From Vitrella brassicaformis CCMP3155 (Eukaryota; Protista; Chromerida), in the NCBI GenBank assembly GCA_001179505.1, contig CDMY01000385.1:310001-374000 (forward strand): a stretch of 64,000 bases of DNA, written 5' to 3'. Below are positions 32,301-43,329 of the stretch, piece by piece; within the stretch, counting starts at the first letter, position 1, and each line of letters opens with the position of its first letter. Made by a program: the position numbers and the translations under genes. The notes under the pieces are model-generated. The model was not told the origin of the DNA and did no database searches. It saw only the letters and a list, made by a program, of their open reading frames with translations.

Positions 32301-33561
32301 TTATGTGAATGTGTGGCTGTGTGGATATGTGTGTGTGTGGCATGAACCCATTTGTCAGCTGCACCTGTCCGCCCGCAATGAGCTAGAGGAGGCCATTCGC
32401 AAACTGCATCACAAGAAAGAACAGCTACAGAAACAGGTCAGCGCGTGCACACACAAACAGATGATTTGCCAGTCTCACGATCGCCCGACTTTTGTGCTTG
32501 CTCCATGCAGAAGCGTGAGCTCGAGGGCAATGCGTTCAACACCCAGCCAGCAGCAGCCGACCTCAGCCCCGACGACTCGCCCGCCCTCCCTGCTCCCATC
32601 GGCCGCCCAGGCTCTCAGGGTGCACCCGCCGCATCTGTGGCTGGGTCGGTCAGGAGCGCTCCCAGCAGCAGGGGCGGCCGCACACTCCTCGATCCACAAT
32701 CGGTGCAGCAGGGGGCCGGGAGCGGCGTGGCGCTTCAGCCTGTCAGGGGTGTGCTGAGGCTGGGCAAGTCACAGCTCAACCAGGACAACGCGTCCAATGC
32801 GTCCCTCATCCAGAAACAGCAGCAGGGGGCAGGTAGACTAGCAAGAGATGGCTGGCTGGCCAGTCATCCATGTGTGTCGTTTCGTGTGGATGTATGCAGG
32901 TGTGCGGGGGGCGAGTGTGCGCGACGAGGCACAGAAGGGCGACGATGCCGATGAGGAGAGCCCCGCCGCCATGAGCGTCATCTCGCAGAGACTCAAGCGC
33001 CACCGATCACACGGCAACCGCAAGCCACCTGCTCCCACTCCGGCCGCCAACCCCCCCAACCCCAACGCCAAACAGCCCAACATCAGCCCCCAGTCGATCG
33101 CCTCGTCCGCACCCAGTCGAGGCAACGCCAAACTCAAAGCACTCCTGCAGGTCAGTCAGTCTACCACACACACACACACACAGTGGGTGGGTAGGAGGGT
33201 GAGTGGATGAATCGGCTTGCTGTTGTCGTGTCATGATATCAGGCACGGAAAGAGCCCACTCCCGTCGCCAAGCCACCTGCCAAGCCAGCCACCAAACCAG
33301 CCGAGCCGCGGCAGAAACCAAAGGTATGGAGACACCAATGCGACACTCATGGACGTGGTGGCATGTTTTCATGTCATCTCTGTCTGTGTCTGTGTGTGTG
33401 GGTTGAAGGCGCTCGGGTTCAACATCGGCCGCAAGGCATCGAGTGTGCCGATCAAGCCGCCCACCAAACAGCAGCAGCAGCAGCAGCCCAAGGCCGCCCC
33501 TGCCAAGCACCACCAGAGCAGCACGGCCGCAGACGAAGACGACTGGTTCGGAGAACGGTGA
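29357..33561 (+). CDS. Long coiled-coil protein (K/E/Q/A heptads) with a disordered P/S-rich C-terminal tail
   Basis: About 20 short exons in continuous frame from MSQLAALGQGAHGPVLLKSDTDRFLRQL, through heptad-rich exons, to ...SSTAADEDDWFGER*. The final TGA overlaps a possible GTGAG donor, so the 3' end is uncertain. Confidence 0.75.
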
Positions 33562-34353
33562 GCGCCCATCTACACACACACACAGAAGAGCGTGGCCGCC
33601 TGTCTGACGATCGCAAGTGCACACATTCATCAGTGCTGCATGTGTGCGACAAGCAGTGCAAGACCCCAAATCGTCCGTGTGTGTTTGTGACTGATGCATT
33701 GCATGTATGAGGAGAATCTCAGACTTGTCCACACATCGCTCAATCTGTTTGGTTTTCTATTGTACATTGATGTGAAAGTGAAGGGTTCTGTCTGTCCGTC
33801 TGCACGCAAAAGAGGCTCACCATCCACCATACCCATCCATTTGTCACATCGATGTGTCCATCCATCCATCCATCTGTCTGTCCTCCTCGATCTCGCCAAA
33901 GCAGAAAGGGAAAAATAGGCAGCTCACGGCCCGTGATACACGTACGCACACAGATCGATAGGAAGGAAGGAAGAACACTCAATTGCACACATACGTACCC
34001 ACATGCAGAAAGTAGCCCCACCCACTGCAGCCAGGCATGAGAGCAAGAGAGCAAATCTGAAAAGAGCGACCTGTGTGATGCACACAGCACATCACTGCAG
34101 AAACTGCACTGCACGCATTCGTTGAAAGCCTCGATCACACCCATCCATCCATCCCCCCCATCGCCATCCACCACACCGAGAGAGACAGGGCGGATGTTCA
34201 CGTACGTGTCACATCCCCCTCCTTATCATTAGCTCTCTCACACCCACCACACACCACCCATCCACCCAGCCGCATACCAAACCACTCTCACACACACCAT
34301 TCCCGCACACACTCTCCTTTGGGTCTGTGTCCTCGTGTCGTTATCGTGTCGTG

Positions 34354-35016
34354 TCACTGGATGGTCTCCACCCAATATCCGCCCGTCACGGTCTCTCCCG
34401 TCTCCTCGTCCACCTTTCCGCCCATCATCCTCGCCTTGAGCCCCATGGCCGCCAAATCAGCCACCCACTTGGCCTCGGCCAAAGCCACAGAAGTGCCGAA
34501 GAACATATACACAGGGATGAGGTGCCCTGTGGGAATGTCCTCAAACGATATCAGCTTTCCGACGGTCTCGGAATGCAGGCGGGTGCGAGGGGCTGAGAAA
34601 GGCGGATATGAGGACATCAGCCAGGGGTCACCGATGACGGCAACCGGCAGCGGCACAAGAGGATACTGCGATGGCGGCGGCGACACGAACGAATGCTGCA
34701 GAGCCGCATGCATGGCGCCATGGTTGTCAACAGGAACTTCGAGCAGCGGGGGGACGGTCGGCGGCGCGGTGACATCGACGGGAGTGCTGTTGCCCGTTTC
34801 CACGGTGGGCACTCTCGTGCTGTCCCGAGCCACCTCCTTCACCCCCACTGCCGTGTCCTCAGCGCGGCGCCCAGAGGGATTCTTCCCGTCTTTCGCGGGT
34901 TTGCGGGCCTGGCTGTGGCGCTGCTGCGGTCCGGTGGTCTTGCCAGGGGCGGGGATGAAGGGGCGGGGGTGCAGCTGGGTGTCGTAAGTCGACGAAAGCT
35001 TCGACAGCTTCGACAT
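34354..35016 (-). CDS. Intronless hypothetical protein (220 aa)
   Basis: ATG 35016 MSKLSKLSSTYD.... P/T-rich N-terminal half, then an ordered-looking C-terminal ~75 aa (GKLISFEDIPTGHLIPVYMFFGTSVALAEAKWVADLAAMGLKARMMGG...GGYWVETIQ*). Head-to-head with the PCBD gene. Confidence 0.55.
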   Translation of the reverse strand: MSKLSKLSSTYDTQLHPRPFIPAPGKTTGPQQRHSQARKPAKDGKNPSGRRAEDTAVGVKEVARDSTRVPTVETGNSTPVDVTAPPTVPPLLEVPVDNHGAMHAALQHSFVSPPPSQYPLVPLPVAVIGDPWLMSSYPPFSAPRTRLHSETVGKLISFEDIPTGHLIPVYMFFGTSVALAEAKWVADLAAMGLKARMMGGKVDEETGETVTGGYWVETIQ

Positions 35017-35166
35017 GGCGATAAGCAGAAGGGGGTGGGGTGGGGGTCGGCAATAGAACGTCGCGGTCTCTGCAAAGACGCTTCCTCTGATGAGGCGGAA
35101 CGCTTTCGAAGGGAAATAAGCGAACTTCGAAGCGCAGGCGAGACAATCTCGATCCGGCTTACTACT

Positions 35167-35174
35167 AGCTCGCA
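35167..35174 (-). promoter_or_regulatory. TGCGAGCT element, orphan/PCBD spacer
   Basis: AGCTCGCA on the + strand, inside a 200-bp spacer. Confidence 0.6.
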
Positions 35175-35215
35175 CCCTCCCAGATTCCCCGACGACAGAG
35201 CAAAGAGGTGTGCGG

Positions 35216-35542
35216 ATGGCATGCAGCGGCCAGGTGTTATCTGAGGCGGAGATCCAGGAAAAGCTCAGCGGTCTGGAAGGCTGGCAGATCAGTGCTGAGG
35301 GGCGCCTCTCCCGGCGCTATGACTGGCCCAAGAAGAAGAAGGACTCATTCGCGAGGGCCAAGGCATTCATCGACAAAGTCAGCGAGGTGGCGGAGGGCAG
35401 AAACCATCATCCAGAGCTGCACTTTGGGTGGGGCTATGCTGTCATGGAGTTCTACACCCACACGGTCAATGGCATCACCTCGACTGACTTCGAGATGGCA
35501 ATTTTAGTGGAGAGCGAGACGAAAGACCTGCAGGCCAAGTGA
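35216..35542 (+). CDS. PCBD: Pterin-4-alpha-carbinolamine dehydratase (PCD/DCoH/PhhB family)
   Basis: Intronless, 108 aa. LSEAEIQEKL..LEGW, the catalytic NHHPELH and FYTHTVNGIT..DF..A motifs. Confidence 0.92.
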   Translation: MACSGQVLSEAEIQEKLSGLEGWQISAEGRLSRRYDWPKKKKDSFARAKAFIDKVSEVAEGRNHHPELHFGWGYAVMEFYTHTVNGITSTDFEMAILVESETKDLQAK

Positions 35543-36593
35543 CTGCTTCCATCGTGAAGCTATCGCCCTCTCGACGAGTCAGTGAGCCAGTGTGGAGTAG
35601 TCATAGGAGCACAGTGGCTGCCTGCACTCCATGACCACCTCCACGCACAGCAAGGAGAGGCACAAGAACAGACACAGAGAGCTGAGGAGGCATGCATCGA
35701 CGTCGTGTCGTCTTGTTCGGCTCTGCTTCCTGGAGATGCGGCATGTCAGGCACATCGGTAGTGCAGCCTCTTCGGGTGCGCTGCTCGTGTGCCCGAGATG
35801 GACGACCACCAGAAGACAGAACATGAGACCAGATGACAGCAGACAGAACAAGAGAGAAGAGCAGGGCAAGGAGGGAAACAAGTGCGATAGACAGGCAAGG
35901 CGCAAACAGCCTACAGTGCCAGCAACAGTTGCTGTGCCTTGGACTATGTCATACCGAGCCATACTGACGTCCCGTCCGTTACAATACGTGCTTATCTCTC
36001 CAGAAGCCCCTCACAGAAGCACCGCAATAAACCAAAACACGTCTGTATGCCTGTGTCCTCGAAACCTGGGTATGTCGACGTATGTATGCAAGGTCCGCAG
36101 AGCCATTCACGACACGAAGGCCCCATCACCCGGCCGGCCGGAATCGAAAACAGCGATTCTCGGTGCGTACGTACGTATGTGGGAAGGATCAATGGGTCGA
36201 TGCATCCATATACTTGGCAGGCACTAGGTATGAAATCACTCCACATGCAACGACGTCACGTCCATTCGTGTGACCCAGACGGGTGACCGACCGACCGACC
36301 GACCGACTGACCGGCCGTCCGCCCGTCCGTCAAAAAGTGGTCAGTTGGATGCATCTATGGAACACGACACGTGAACAAATTGGCTGACTGTCATGTCGTC
36401 CTGTATCAATCACCCAAACAAACCATGCGCACATCACATGCTCGAAGGGGATGAACGCCCTCACATCACAGGCAGGGCAGGACCAATCTGCTCGCCTGAC
36501 TCACCATCCATCCATCCATCCATTACTCACAGCACGCTGTTATGTTACCACCAACTCACGCACCGCACCCATCACAGACATGAATATGCGGGT

Positions 36594-39143
36594 TCAGTGC
36601 TGCCCAAAATACTGCCCATAGTGCTGGCCGTAGTGCTGGCCATAAGGCTGCCCATGCCCATAGTGCTGCTGCTGCTGCTGCTGCTGATGGCGTTGATAGT
36701 GTTGTTGGGGGGTGCCCGTTTGCAGGGGGGCCGCCTGGTGCTGCTGGTGCTGGTGTTGATGCTGCTGCTGGTGTTGGGTGAAAGGATGCGGTGGAAGGGC
36801 TTGAGGCGAAGGCCCAACGTAGCCGCCCTCCATCAGTGGATACGGCGGGAAGAAGGGCGCACTCTGCTCAGCCGCAGGTGGGGGGTGGGGGAAGGGTTGC
36901 TGCGTGCCGCCCCCCTCGTAGCTCGGTGGCGGTGTTGCTTGGGCCTGTGCCTGGCTGGCGGATGGGGAGAGGGACGCAGGTGTGGTGCCGGCCTCCACGG
37001 CCGCGTTTAGGTACTGCTCCTCTCCCTTCTTGACGGTGACCTTGAGTCTCTTGCCGCCGACGCTGAAGCCGTTCATGGTCTTGATGGCCGCACGCGCACC
37101 GTCAGGATGGTCATAACACACAAACCTGTCGGACAGGGGTGGGAAGAGAGGACCGACAAAGCACAGAGTGAATCCAGGGCCGCAATTAATGTTGTTGCCA
37201 GGGTGGAGCTGTGGGTACTGGTGCCCACCCGTATCCTCTGCTGCGCCCTGAGTCTTTGTCAGTCTGCACACGCGCAGAGATCACGCGACCGAATGACTTG
37301 AAATGCTGACAGACAGACAAACAGACAAACAGACAAACAGACGAACACGCAATCAGCCGACGACACACACAGCGATGCATGGTGTGGACGCAATTCCCAC
37401 CGTGAAGAGGTCGTAGTCGCGCCATTCGTTTGGCAGGTGGAAGACGAAGAGGTTGGCGCCCAGCGGCCCATGCGCCCCCATCGGTAGTTCCGCCTCAGAC
37501 GACCCAACGCTCGGCGGCCGGTCGCTGGTGCTGTCGTCGCCCGTGACGTAAGGTGGGCTCTGCGCGTCAAAGTCCGCCGGCCGGTCCCACTGGGACATGC
37601 GAGACAGGGTGTTGAAGTAATACGGCACACCTGAAACGAACGAACGGAGGCACAAGATACATGCATCTCTTCCGTCTAGGTGCTCTCTCTCTCTCTGGGC
37701 TGTGTGTGTACCTTCTGATGTTTCGTATCTGATCCAGAGGGGGGGCCGCCCCTCGGGGGCGGATGGCTGCCCCAGGAGCTCGGAGGGGACGTCGCTGCCG
37801 TAGGGAGGGGGCGGGTACACCACTGGGTAGGACGGCGACGCCTCCTCTGCATCGACACACCAACACACGGACATCACATATATACATACATCACTATCAA
37901 TAAGTGGGGTGTCACTCACTGCTGGCCATTCATTCCTGTTGTGGACTGGACTAACCTGCCTCCTGCTCTTCTAAGACGAGCATCTGCTGCTGACGGCCAC
38001 CTGCCTGCCCTGTGGGCTCGTCTGCGGGCTGCGTCAATGGCTGCTCCGCCTCGCCTTCCGAGACGGTCGGGACGAACTGGGCGCGACGGATGGACTGCGC
38101 ATAACGGACCTCGACTGGCTGGGAGGCGCCTGCACACACACACGAGTGAGGACCCGTGAGCAACAACCGCGTGGTTCTGACTTCATGAGTCGCGACGGTA
38201 GGCTGACCTCTGAATGTCTGTCTGCCGTCCAGGTTTGTGATGGCGGCGTGGGCCTCGTCGGCGTGTCTGTACTCCACAAACGCCCACCCTGCGGACGGAC
38301 ACCACACCACACCACACCACACAAAGCACACAAAGCTTCACACCAAGCCAAGAGACCTCTGTCTGTCTGCCTACTTCTGTCTGTGCTGTGAGCCTCGCTC
38401 GTGTTCGTGTCGTGTGGTGTGGTCCACACCTCCCTCACCTCTCTCGCCTCCGTGTTCGTCGTGCATGTAGAAGAGGGAGTCGACAGTGCCGTACCGACGA
38501 CACACACCCATCAGATCGCGGTTGCGGATGCCGCTCGGAATGTGACCTTCGGGAGGGACCAGCAACGGAAGAAGAACGCCGAAATGACTCACTACTCCCA
38601 CATCAAGATGTGCGCCTTCTCCTACCGATGAAGAGCTTTTTCTGCGCTAGGTCGTCATCCGTTGGCTCCGCAGTCGGGTCCGCCTGGCGCCTGGCACCTC
38701 CGGGGTCTCTCCTCTCCTGCTCGTCCGCTGTGAAGAGCGGGACCGATGCGGCCCGTGCTGGCGCAGACACGTCGGCCGTGTCGACCTCATGGCTGCCGCC
38801 GGGGTCAGAGTAGGTCAGTGAGGCGTGCCGCTCGGTCCTGTGTTGGGTGGGAAGGGGCGGCAGTTCCATCCGCTGCCGGGCATGGTGCTGGTGCACTGCA
38901 GGTGGACTGCCCGGCGGGGGCCTGACCCAGCTGATATCCAGCGTGTGGTCAACGACGACAAACTACCCACAAAGAGCAGGGAGGGAATGAGAGAGGCAAT
39001 CTGCCTGCCGCGTCGTGTGCGTTGATTGACAGTGTGCGGGATGAATTGCTCACTGAGCCGCCGTATTGGTCGTCAGGCAGGACGGATGGTGAGAACGGTG
39101 AAGGGCTGCCGCTGTCTGACAGAGCTCCTCGCCCGTCAGGCAT
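36594..39143 (-). CDS. CELF/Bruno-like RNA-binding protein, RRM-WW-RRM, with a Q/H/Y/G prion-like tail
   Basis: RRM1 KKLFIG|HIP...GWAFVEY...A..AI..L. WW domain [10 protein letters not shown]|[24 protein letters not shown]3-type [13 protein letters not shown]...[19 protein letters not shown]|FVCYD....[19 protein letters not shown]. Probable ATG 39143. Confidence 0.85.
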
Positions 39144-39319
39144 GGCAGCATCGCACCTGCTGCTGGAACTCGACGACTGCATAAAGCGATAGATGACAGA
39201 TCCAAGCGAGAAACCATTCTCTGCCTCTATTGCAAGTCCTGCGGCTCACGTGAAGCTGGCTGCAAGCGAAAGATGAGGCCGCAGGACTTTTCCGCCGAAA
39301 ACGAAAGGCGATCCTAGCT

Positions 39320-39327
39320 TGCGAGCT
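39320..39327 (+). promoter_or_regulatory. TGCGAGCT element, CELF/DCP2 spacer
   Basis: ctagct-tgcgagct, inside the 39143-39711 spacer. Confidence 0.6.
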
Positions 39328-39710
39328 GTTGAAGGGATGGCAAAGCAGCCAAACAGCCTGTTTCAACGTGCGCCTCAGTAACTCGGTGACCGGCATCACA
39401 AACACCTGACGCGGAGGTTTCCCGGCGCTGATCATCGGCTCGTCTCCCCCCGTGTGGAGGGAGCAACAAGCCGACAACACGGGAGGCCTTGACTCAGCGA
39501 GACTCGAGTACTCTTCTACCGTACTTCGACAAGCAATCATATTTGTTCACACGGCTCTAGAGGCGCCTATCCGCCACCAGCCGGCAGCTTCCGGAGCTCT
39601 GTTTGACGCGGCTTCAGGCCAGGCAGCCCGTTTCGACTGATCGCAGCATCGCCTGCTGTGTGTCGGCGTGTCTGAGTGTGTGAGAGTGAGAGTGTTTGAC
39701 GGCTCACGGC

Positions 39711-42700
39711 ATGCCGCTGGCGGTACAGCAGCAGCAGGACCAGCAGGGAGAGGGGAGGGAGGGGGAGGACGACAGCGATGAGGTCGACGAGGAGCAGACA
39801 CCCAGCAAGGCCGTCGCCATTCAAGACTGCGCCGTGTAAGCCAGCAGGCAGGCACTCTGGCGGGGAGCGGCGATGTCTCTGACGCTCTGTGTCATTCACT
39901 CATTTATTCAATGTGTGTGTGATGTGTGTGGTGTGTGCGCGTCAGTCGGTTCATCAACTGTCTGCCCCGTGAGGAGCTGGAGAAGAGGATGAGCATGATG
40001 TTCACCTTCCAGGTGGGTCGGTGGTGCGCCGGGATGGCATGGCATCGTGTGTGTGAGAGCGATGGGATGGGATGTCGGTCCCACGTGTGTGGTCTGATGA
40101 TGTTATGTTGTCCATCACCTTACTTACAGGAGGCGTATTGGTGGTACAAGGACATGTGGTGCGACAAGTACCCCGAGCTGCCACGCCTCTCCATGGTGGC
40201 CTTCGGCAAGGAACTAGTCGAACAATCTCTGGTAGGCAGCCACCACCAAGGTCATCTTCATTCATATGAATCGATGTTGGGTGTCTGGTGAACGACTGGT
40301 TTGTTGTCTTGTCTGTCTGTCTATCTGTCTGTCTGTCTGTGCGTCCGTCAGGCCCTCAAGTCGATATACAAGACGCAGAAGGAGGTGGAGCTGCTGCATG
40401 ACGAGTGGCGGCGGTACGTGCGGCTGGTGCCGGTGCGGGGAGGCATCCTCCTCAACGACAACATGGACAAAACCGTCATGGGTATGTGTGTCACACACAC
40501 ACACACAGAGCAACATGCGCACAGGAGGAGAAGGAGATCTGTGTGTGTGTGTCTTGTGATGTCGTTGTGCAGTGCAAGGTTACAAGGGGTCTGACTGGAT
40601 GTGGCCGCGTGGCAAGATGATCGAGGGCGAGCGGGACCACGACTGCGCCGAGCGGGAGGTCGAGGAGGAAATCGGCATCAGAACATCACACCTCATCAAC
40701 CCAGATGTAAGCCACGCCACGAGCAGACAGAACACACACTCGAGACCAAGCCCGCCTCTTTGCTCTGGCCGTGTGTGTCAGCAATACATAGAGAGGCTCA
40801 TAGATGGCCAGAGTGTCCGCCTCTACATCATACCTGGTGGGCTAACAGAACGGACAAAGCATGAGCGTCACCGTGGTGCGCACACGTGTGTGTGTGCAGG
40901 TGTTGCGGAGGACACCAAGTTCGAGCCCAAGTGTCGCAAGGAGATCGGCAAGATACGGTGGATCCAGCTCAAGGACTTGCCGAACTGGAACGTGTTCCAG
41001 TCTGGGTACGCAGCCAAAAGCACACCACTAACTCACTGACACGCGAACCCAACAACCAAGGCGCTCTGTTCTCACCGACCGTATCATATCCATCAGGTCG
41101 GTGAAGCAGCGTTTCTGGGCGGTCAAGGAGTTCACCCGTGACCTGCGTGATTGGGTGGAGCGGCGGCGGCGGGCGCTGAGCCTGAGCCAGCAGGAGCGGG
41201 CCGCATCCAGGCGGCCCATCAAGCAGACCACCATGAAGGAGATCCTTGCCACTCTTCAGAAACCATTCGACGCACCGACGCACCACCGCAGCCCACAACC
41301 CCAGCAACAACACACTGACGGGGCATCAGGCCCAAGCCCTTCCCGGCCGATGGAGAACGGCGTTGCAGCACCCTCCTCCTCGTCATCCTCTCGCCCGTCG
41401 CCCCCTCACCAGTCGGAGCACATCAATCGCATCATGTGGATGCTAGAGAACTCCACCAAGCGTTCCGGCGGGACGCTGCGGAGTCTCGACGACGACTTTA
41501 CGTCCTACTACGAGGACTCATTGGCGGCCCCCCCTCCCCCGCCCCCCAACGCCATTCCCATCTCCCGCATCGAAAGCAGGGGATGGGGCAACGACGATCA
41601 CGAAGACATCGGCAGCCCCGTCAACCCTCACACGGCTAAGCCGCGCATTCGGAACGCCCTCAACGGCTCAGCTGCTGGCGCCGAGTTGTTCATAGGCAGT
41701 GGCGGCGACCGGCCGCCGTCACGGGGGCGCAACGGGGATGAGGACAATCTTCTCAGTGCGCTGGCCGACCTTCGGGGCGGCCAGCCAGCAGCATCGGACA
41801 GTGAGGGCCCTGTGATTCTACCCGTGCCGGGCCGCCGACAGTCCGCCTGGGGGGCGGGCAAGGCCGGCGGCGCTTCGCCCAAGGAGAGCAAGAAGGACAA
41901 GGACGGCCGCAGCAAAAAGCCTGGGAGGGACAAGGACCGGGAGCTTGCTGATCGGGAGCCGCCGAGTCGGCTGACGAGCCAGGGGTCGTTCAAGGGATTC
42001 GATGACATGGCGATCGTCAAGGGGCTGTCGGGGCGGCGTCAGGAGATTTTTGGGATCATCGAGTCCACCAGGCCAGGCAAGACGCGCTTCAACAGGGCGG
42101 GCGCCAAGGCCAAGGCGAGAGCCGGCAGGGCCCAGCAGACACAGGCACATGTCTCGGCATCCAGGGCCGACGGCAACGACCCCACTGTCCTCGACGGCAT
42201 CACGATATTGCCGCGGCCGGACGTTGCGGGGCGGGGCGGCAAGGGCAAGAAGGACAAGGGCGGCCAGGGGCAGGCCAATGGTGTTGGTGTGAGGGGTGGC
42301 TCGACAGCGACGCCTAAGCCGTCCCCTGTGTTGGGGCCCCTCGGCGAGCCCTCTGGTGTGGTTGGGGCATCAGCTGTTGGCAAAGGAGGTGCGGGCTTGA
42401 CCAGTTTGCTGAGCCAGATAGGCGTCTCGCGGGATCGCATCAGCGTCGGGCGGGTCGTGTCGGGCGACAGTGAAGGCAACAAGCCCTCCACACGAACTGA
42501 CAGGTCGGTCAGCAGCCAATGACACGCACACAGAGCCTAAAGCAACAGGTGTGTGTATGTGTGTCTGTCTTGCTCACTCAATCAGTGTTGAGATGCGGCG
42601 TGGTCGTGACCGTCTGGCCTCGGACATTCCAGCGGCTGTTGCCGGCAGCCCGTCTACCAACGGCAACTCTGCGAGCGGCAGCCATCTGCTCAGTCTAGTC

Positions 42701-43327
42701 GGAGGGGGCGCTGGGGGCCGTGCACCGGACCCCCTGCCATTCAGCTCCACCTCACACACCACCACCATCCCCTCACCCCCACCAGAGAGCACCACCAAGG
42801 GCAGCGGATCTTCAACCATCCTCGACATCATCCGCCAGCACCACCGGCAGCAGAGCCAGCAAGGAAAGTCGGGCGCCCCTCCCGTCCCCCCTCTCCCCCT
42901 GCAGTCGTCATCCCATTCCCTCGTGCAGTCTCAGAGTGGCGGCGTTGAGTCCGACGGCGGTGCATCGGGTGTGTCCCGTCGTGCGTCGGCGGACGCGGGC
43001 CAGAATCTGCTGCAAGTTTTAAAGAAGGGGGCGGTGGACCGGGCGGCCACGGGTGGCAGCAGCGGCGAGGGCCGCTCGCGGGTGGTCTCATCCATGTCCC
43101 GCCAGGGCTCCGGCAGCAGCGAGATGTCGCCACCTGGTGCTGTTGCTGCCGAGGCAGCACCAGGACCGCCAGTAGTAGAGGCTTTGGGCAGCCAGCAGCA
43201 GCAGCAGCAGCCGCCGCCGCAGCAGGTCCTGTCATTCTCGCATCCGCCTCGGCCGGTGAGTCCCGTGCGGTTCCCGCGGGCAGAAATGCGGGCGATCCTC
43301 GACAAGTGGCTCAAACCGGCGTCATGA
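39711..43327 (+). CDS. DCP2: mRNA decapping enzyme DCP2 with a long disordered C-terminal extension
   Basis: Box A (RFINCLPREEL...FQ|EAYWWYKD), a perfect Nudix box GKMIEGERDHDCAEREVEEEIGI, then FEPKCRKEIGKIRW and FWAVKEF. The start codon is uncertain (ATG 39711). Confidence 0.92.
40492..40552. repeat. Intronic (CA)n ... (TG)n inverted microsatellite pair, an example of the window-wide pattern
   Basis: acacacacacacaga (40495-40509) is the exact reverse complement of tctgtgtgtgtgtgt (40538-40552), inside DCP2 intron 40482-40572. Confidence 0.85.
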
Positions 43328-43329
43328 TG

